Under the pieces are notes generated by a model. The model worked only from the letters and a program-made list of their open reading frames with translations. It ran no database searches and was not told the DNA's origin. From an uncultured Bacillota bacterium (lineage in GTDB: Bacteria > Sysuimicrobiota > Sysuimicrobiia > Sysuimicrobiales > Segetimicrobiaceae): a stretch of 64,000 bases of DNA. Numbering within the stretch: the stretch's first letter is position 1; every line of letters starts with the position of its first letter. Location: positions 96,001 to 160,000 of the forward strand of contig CAWDRG010000017.1 in NCBI GenBank assembly GCA_963804645.1, read 5' to 3'. A program made the translations under genes and the position numbers. Below, piece by piece: positions 59,084 to 64,000 of this stretch.

Positions 59084-62000
59084 ATGACATCCCTCAACCT
59101 GGCGCTCCGGTTTATGATCGTGGCCGCGGCCGTGTCGATCATGGCCGAGCAGCTGCAGGTGCCGTACACGATTGCCCTAGTCGTCGCCGGTCTCGTGATC
59201 GGGAACATGCACCTCGTGCCCCCGGTATTGATCAGCCCCGACGTGCTACTGCTGCTCCTCATCCCTCCGCTGCTGTTCGAAGGCGGCCTGCGGCTGCCGC
59301 CGCGCCACCTGAAGACCTACTGGGGACTGATCGTGTTGCTGGCCGTGCCCGGGACGCTGGTGACCGCCCTCACGCTCGGCTGGGTCGCGGGCACGTCGTT
59401 TCACCTGGCGCTGCGCAGCGCGCTCCTGCTCGGCGCGATCGTGTCGGCGGTTGATCCGGTCAGTGTGCAGGCGCTGGTCCGAGAAACGGGCCTCGACCTC
59501 CGCCTCGGCACGGTCCTGGACGGCGAGGCGATCCTCAATGACGGCGTGGCGATCATCCTGTTCACGATCGTGGGTGGGACCGCCGCGGTGGGATTCTGGG
59601 CCGTCGGCCTGCAGTTCGTGTGGCTGCTCGGCGGCGGCATGGTGATTGGCGGGCTCGTGGCGCTGGCCACGTCGTACGCACTGGGCTCAACCCAGCGGCC
59701 GTTGGTGGAGGCGCTCGGGAGCCTCATCGCCTGCCTCGGGGCGCTCCTCGCCGCGGACGGCGTCGGCGCAAGCGGTGTGATCGCGGTCGTCACCGCCGGG
59801 GTGGTGTTCGCGGGATACGGGCCGCGCCATGTAACGGACCGAGGGTGGGAGACGCTGAACACACTGTGGGACATGATCGCATTTCTCGCGAACTCCGTGC
59901 TGTTCTTGCTGATCGGACTTGAGGTCCCGATCAATCTGCTGGTGCGCCACTGGCCGCTCGTGGCGGTGCTGGCGATGGCGGGGATGATCGTCCGCCTGAT
60001 TACCGTCTGCGGGTCGACGGCCGCGTGGCAGACGCCGTCCCACCCTGTGCCCAGGGCATGGCGGCCCGTCCTCGTCTGGGGCGGTCTCCGCGGCGGGGTT
60101 GCGATCGCGCTGGCGCTGGGACTCAGCTCCGCGCTTCCGGACCGCGACGCCATCGTCGCTGGGACGTTCGGCATCGTCATCTTCACGTCGCTGGTCCAGG
60201 GACTGACCATGCGCCCGCTACCCCAAGTTCCGCAGTTGGACGGTAAAACTCCATATTTTGCAACGGAATTGGGGCCGATTCTTCACTACACCGCGACCGC
60301 CTCGAGGTGCGTAGGGAGGCTCAGCCCGAGCTGTTGGAGCAGGAGGGCTTGGTGCTCGGTCGGCCGGCTGACGCAGCGTTTGCGGAGCTCGAGGCCGGTG
60401 CGGGTCGGGAGCACCACGTCGACGAGGCGAATGGCGTGGAGCTCAGTGAGCACCTTCCGCGGCTCGTCGCCCAAGCCGACGGCGTGACACCAACGCGCCA
60501 GTGTTTTCCACAGCACGTAGGCGAGGAAGCACACGAGAATGTGCGCCTGCACGCGGGCTTCCTTTTGATGCCAAATCGGCCGGAGCTGCAGGTCGGATTT
60601 TTGAATGCGGAAGGCGGTTTCCGCGTCGGTCAGATGAATGTAGGCGGTCCACAGATCTGCCGCGGCCCAGTCGGTGAGATTACTGCGGAGCACGTAACAC
60701 CCTTCGCTGAGCCGGGACCAGTCGCGCCACGCCGCTGATGTCGTCCACTGCACGGTCGCGGCGCCCTGCGGATCCGTGCCGACGTCCACCTCAAACAGTT
60801 TGGCCGCGCGGGAGTTTTGGCCCAACAGGCGCCCGACGCGCTGGGCGATCGCCACGGGCGAGTGGGCACGTCGCTGGCAGGCGGCCGCGAGCTTCTCCAA
60901 CCCCTCCGCGATGCGGCGCTCGAACCGGTCATGCATGGCCCGTTCCTTCGCCTGCCGCGCCCCGCTCCGGCAGAGGACGAAGACTTCATCGCCATCGGGA
61001 CCGGCACAGACCTGGGCCTCGACGCCGTTCTGGATCTGGCTCCAGGCGGCGCTCGCTAATTCCCGCTCGAACCGGCGCAACAGGGTCTTCGGCGTGCCCA
61101 CGATGTATCGCCGGCCGTGCGCTTTGAGCCAGGTGATGTGGTCCTCGCTCACCAAGCCGCGATCCAACACCCAGATCCGGTCGGCTTTCCCGTACCGCTC
61201 TTCCATGGTGGTGACGATTTCGCGCAGCGTAGTCACGTCGGCCTTGTTGCCGGCGAAGAGTTCATAGCCTAGCGGCAGGCCCTCGCGCGTCACGACCAAG
61301 GCCAAGTTGACTTGTTTGCAATCGGGCCGGTGATCGCGCGAGTAGCCCCGCTGCGCCTGCGGATTCTTCGCGGCGTCGCCTTCGAAGTAGGTCGAGGTTA
61401 CATCGTAGAGCAGCAGATCGTATTGGACCTGGAACAACTCGCCGAGCCGGGCTTTGAGATGTTGCTCCAGCGCCGCTTTGTGCGGAAGCAGGTGATCGAG
61501 CGCACGGTACAGTCGATCCTCATTGACCTTGGCCGCCGGCACGCCCAACAGGTCCGGGAGCGCACTCCCGTCATAGACGTGCTCGGCCAAGTGTAGTTCG
61601 CTGCTGGGCGCGCAGAGGCGGCCCAGCACGAGCACCATGGCCATCGCCGGCCAGGGAATATCCGCCCCGTCCGGCCGCAGCGTCTCCGCGAGAAAGCGCG
61701 GCAGGTCCAGACGTTGGAGCAGCGTGTAGCCGAGCCAGGGGCCGCCAAAGTCGCGTGTCCGCTCCACGCGCACGCGGGCGAGATCCACCTCGACCCACTC
61801 GGGCGCGTGGCTATCGTACAACGACTGCTGCTGCGCGGGCGTCCCCTCGGCGGGCAGCGCCATGCGACCGTGTTCATCGACATCCCCGAGATGGGCCACG
61901 ACGCGCTGCCGGGGCCCTCGTGCGGTGCGATACGATTCCACGAGCGCCCAATATCCGTAGCGCTTCCCCTTCCACTTGCGATAACAGCGCCGCACGTACA

Positions 62001-62262
62001 TCGCTGCGCTCATCATACGAGCCGCGCGAACTGTTGCAAAGAGGGGCATTCTTCACTACATCGCAATATCGCCCATCACGACAGAGCCCACCCGCGCGAT
62101 GTCCGATAAAATGGCCCTTTCCCGCGGCAGGGCCGTCAGGAAAGAGCCAGAAAATTTTTTAGCGACGCCCTAACTGCGGAAGTTGGGCTACCACGCTGGA
62201 CCGGACTGCTGCCCGCGGCCGGCCGGGCGCGTCCGACCGAGCCGGCCGCGCCGCCTCGGTGA
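59084..62262 (+). CDS. CPA1 Na+/H+ antiporter, interrupted near its 3' end by IS1634
   Basis: PPLLFEGG, SAVDPVSV, GEAILNDG, SGVIAVV, GLRGGV, LVQGLT; the native tail PRWTGLLP... resumes after 62192 and stops at 62262. Confidence 0.85.
60223..62186 (-). mobile_element. IS1634-family insertion sequence
   Basis: TIRs CCAAGTTCCGCAGTT / CCAACTTCCGCAGTT; direct repeat GCTACC at 60217-60222 and 62187-62192. Confidence 0.9.
60286..62001 (-). CDS. IS1634-family transposase
   Basis: YWALVESYRTARGPRQR, YDVTSTYFEG, GYSRDHRPD, DRG, E.AFR..KSDL.LRPIWH. Confidence 0.93.
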   Translation of the reverse strand: MYVRRCYRKWKGKRYGYWALVESYRTARGPRQRVVAHLGDVDEHGRMALPAEGTPAQQQSLYDSHAPEWVEVDLARVRVERTRDFGGPWLGYTLLQRLDLPRFLAETLRPDGADIPWPAMAMVLVLGRLCAPSSELHLAEHVYDGSALPDLLGVPAAKVNEDRLYRALDHLLPHKAALEQHLKARLGELFQVQYDLLLYDVTSTYFEGDAAKNPQAQRGYSRDHRPDCKQVNLALVVTREGLPLGYELFAGNKADVTTLREIVTTMEERYGKADRIWVLDRGLVSEDHITWLKAHGRRYIVGTPKTLLRRFERELASAAWSQIQNGVEAQVCAGPDGDEVFVLCRSGARQAKERAMHDRFERRIAEGLEKLAAACQRRAHSPVAIAQRVGRLLGQNSRAAKLFEVDVGTDPQGAATVQWTTSAAWRDWSRLSEGCYVLRSNLTDWAAADLWTAYIHLTDAETAFRIQKSDLQLRPIWHQKEARVQAHILVCFLAYVLWKTLARWCHAVGLGDEPRKVLTELHAIRLVDVVLPTRTGLELRKRCVSRPTEHQALLLQQLGLSLPTHLEAVAV

Positions 62263-62321
62263 TCCGCCGCCATCGGAACGCACGGGCGGTCGTTCACACG
62301 CCGGAAGGACGCGGGGCCCGA

Positions 62322-62897
<576 letters not shown>

Positions 62898-63878
62898 CTA
62901 TTCTTCGCCGCGACGGCGCGAGCCCCTGTGGGACGGCGCCGCGGCTTCGCCGGCGCGCAGCTCTTCGAGCAGGTCCGTGAGGTCCGCCGGAAGCGGCGCG
63001 GCGCAGACGAGGCGCGTGCCGGTGTGCGGGTGCGTGAACTCGAGCCGGGCGGCGTGCAGCGCCTGGCGCCCGAGGCCCCCGCGCGCCCGCCCGTACACCG
63101 GGTCCCCGAGCAGCGGATGACCGAGATGGGCGAGGTGCACCCGGATCTGGTGGGTCCGGCCGGTTTCGAGACGGCACTCGACGAGGGTGGCGTCCGCAAA
63201 CCGCTCGAGCACCCGGTAGTGGGTCACGGCGGGCCGGCCGCGATCGGTGACGGCCTGGCGGGTCCGGTGAAACGGGTGCCGGCCCACCGCGGCCTGGATG
63301 GTGCCGGCGTCGCGGGGGAGGCGGCCGCGGACGAACGCCAGATACGTCCGCGACATCGTGCGCGACTTCAGCTGGGAGGCGAGCGAGCGGTGCGCGGCGT
63401 CGGACTTCGCGATCACGAGGAGCCCCGAGGTGTCCTTGTCGAGGCGATGCACGATGCCGGGGCGCAGCTCCCCGCCGACGCCCCGGAGGTCGCCGACCCG
63501 GGCGAGCACCGCGTTCACGAGGGTCCCGGACGGGTGCCCGGGCCCCGGATGCACCGTCAGGCCGGCCGGCTTGTTCACGACGAGCAGGGCCTCGTCCTCG
63601 TACACCACGTCGAGCGGAATCGGCTCGGGACGCAAGATGGTAGGGGCCGGCGGCGGCACCTCCACCCGCACCGTCTGCCCCGCCTCCAAGTGAAACGACG
63701 GCTTGCGCGGGCGGCCGTCGACGAGAACGCGTCCTTCGACCGTCAGACGCGCGATGCGGGAGCGGGACAGCTGCGGCAGCCGCTCGGCGACCACGACATC
63801 GAGACGGCGGCCCCGGTCCTCCGGCGCCGCCTCGAAGGTCTCGCCGGACGGGTGGAGCGGATCAGTCTCGAGGTTCAA
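62898..63878 (-). CDS. RluA/RluD-family pseudouridine synthase
   Basis: S4 domain, VNKPAGLTVHP, HRLDKDTSG, TGRTHQIRVH. Start tentative. Confidence 0.93.
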   Translation of the reverse strand: MNLETDPLHPSGETFEAAPEDRGRRLDVVVAERLPQLSRSRIARLTVEGRVLVDGRPRKPSFHLEAGQTVRVEVPPPAPTILRPEPIPLDVVYEDEALLVVNKPAGLTVHPGPGHPSGTLVNAVLARVGDLRGVGGELRPGIVHRLDKDTSGLLVIAKSDAAHRSLASQLKSRTMSRTYLAFVRGRLPRDAGTIQAAVGRHPFHRTRQAVTDRGRPAVTHYRVLERFADATLVECRLETGRTHQIRVHLAHLGHPLLGDPVYGRARGGLGRQALHAARLEFTHPHTGTRLVCAAPLPADLTDLLEELRAGEAAAPSHRGSRRRGEE

Positions 63879-64000
63879 CGGGCTCGGGCCCGCCGCCCGT
63901 GCCGGACGCGGCACCGGCCGGAGCACTCCCGCACACCCGCCACATGACGAAGGAGAGGACCGCCACCACAATGCTCGCCACCTGCGCGAGCGTGAGCGGC
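63862..64000 (-). CDS. 3' end of a probable prolipoprotein diacylglyceryl transferase
   Basis: Manual translation PLTLAQVASIVVAVLSFVMWR resembles the Lgt last helix; typical lgt/lspA-rluD-pyrR context. Confidence 0.5.
   Translation of the reverse strand, partial: PLTLAQVASIVVAVLSFVMWRVCGSAPAGAASGTGGGPEPVEPRD

Overview
High-GC bacterial chromosome segment with a Firmicutes-like core gene order: lgt-rluD-pyrR, kdp, rqcH, yicC-remA-kinase-coaC-priA-def-fmt, then yugP-rsmB-rlmN-fhaA-fhaB-stp-rodA-pbpA-pknB-rpe, a T-box-proC, dppABC and rpsA. A Terrabacteria lineage such as Ca. Sysuimicrobiota/Armatimonadota-like is an inference only. Two complete IS elements with TIRs and target duplications are present. 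The most striking region is a ~14 kb accessory block (about 30600-44800) between fmt and yugP. It holds an OmpR-type two-component system, a di-cupredoxin, a cis-prenyltransferase, an S41 protease and two diverged copies of a five-gene set: YceI, DUF2231-like, DoxX-like, an unknown exported acidic-domain protein and an unknown small Arg-rich protein. Six promoters in this block share one exact architecture, GTCATC-N5-GTCATC-N9-TAnnnT, which defines a candidate undescribed envelope/redox regulon. Also notable: a candidate Na+ (DUF1646-like) riboswitch before a Na+/H+ antiporter, an atypical KdpE with no KdpD, a PriA with degenerate helicase motifs, and an archaeal-type cytidylate kinase where gmk-rpoZ normally sit. 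Several single-base frameshifts, including in fmt, suggest assembly indel errors, so pseudogene calls are tentative.
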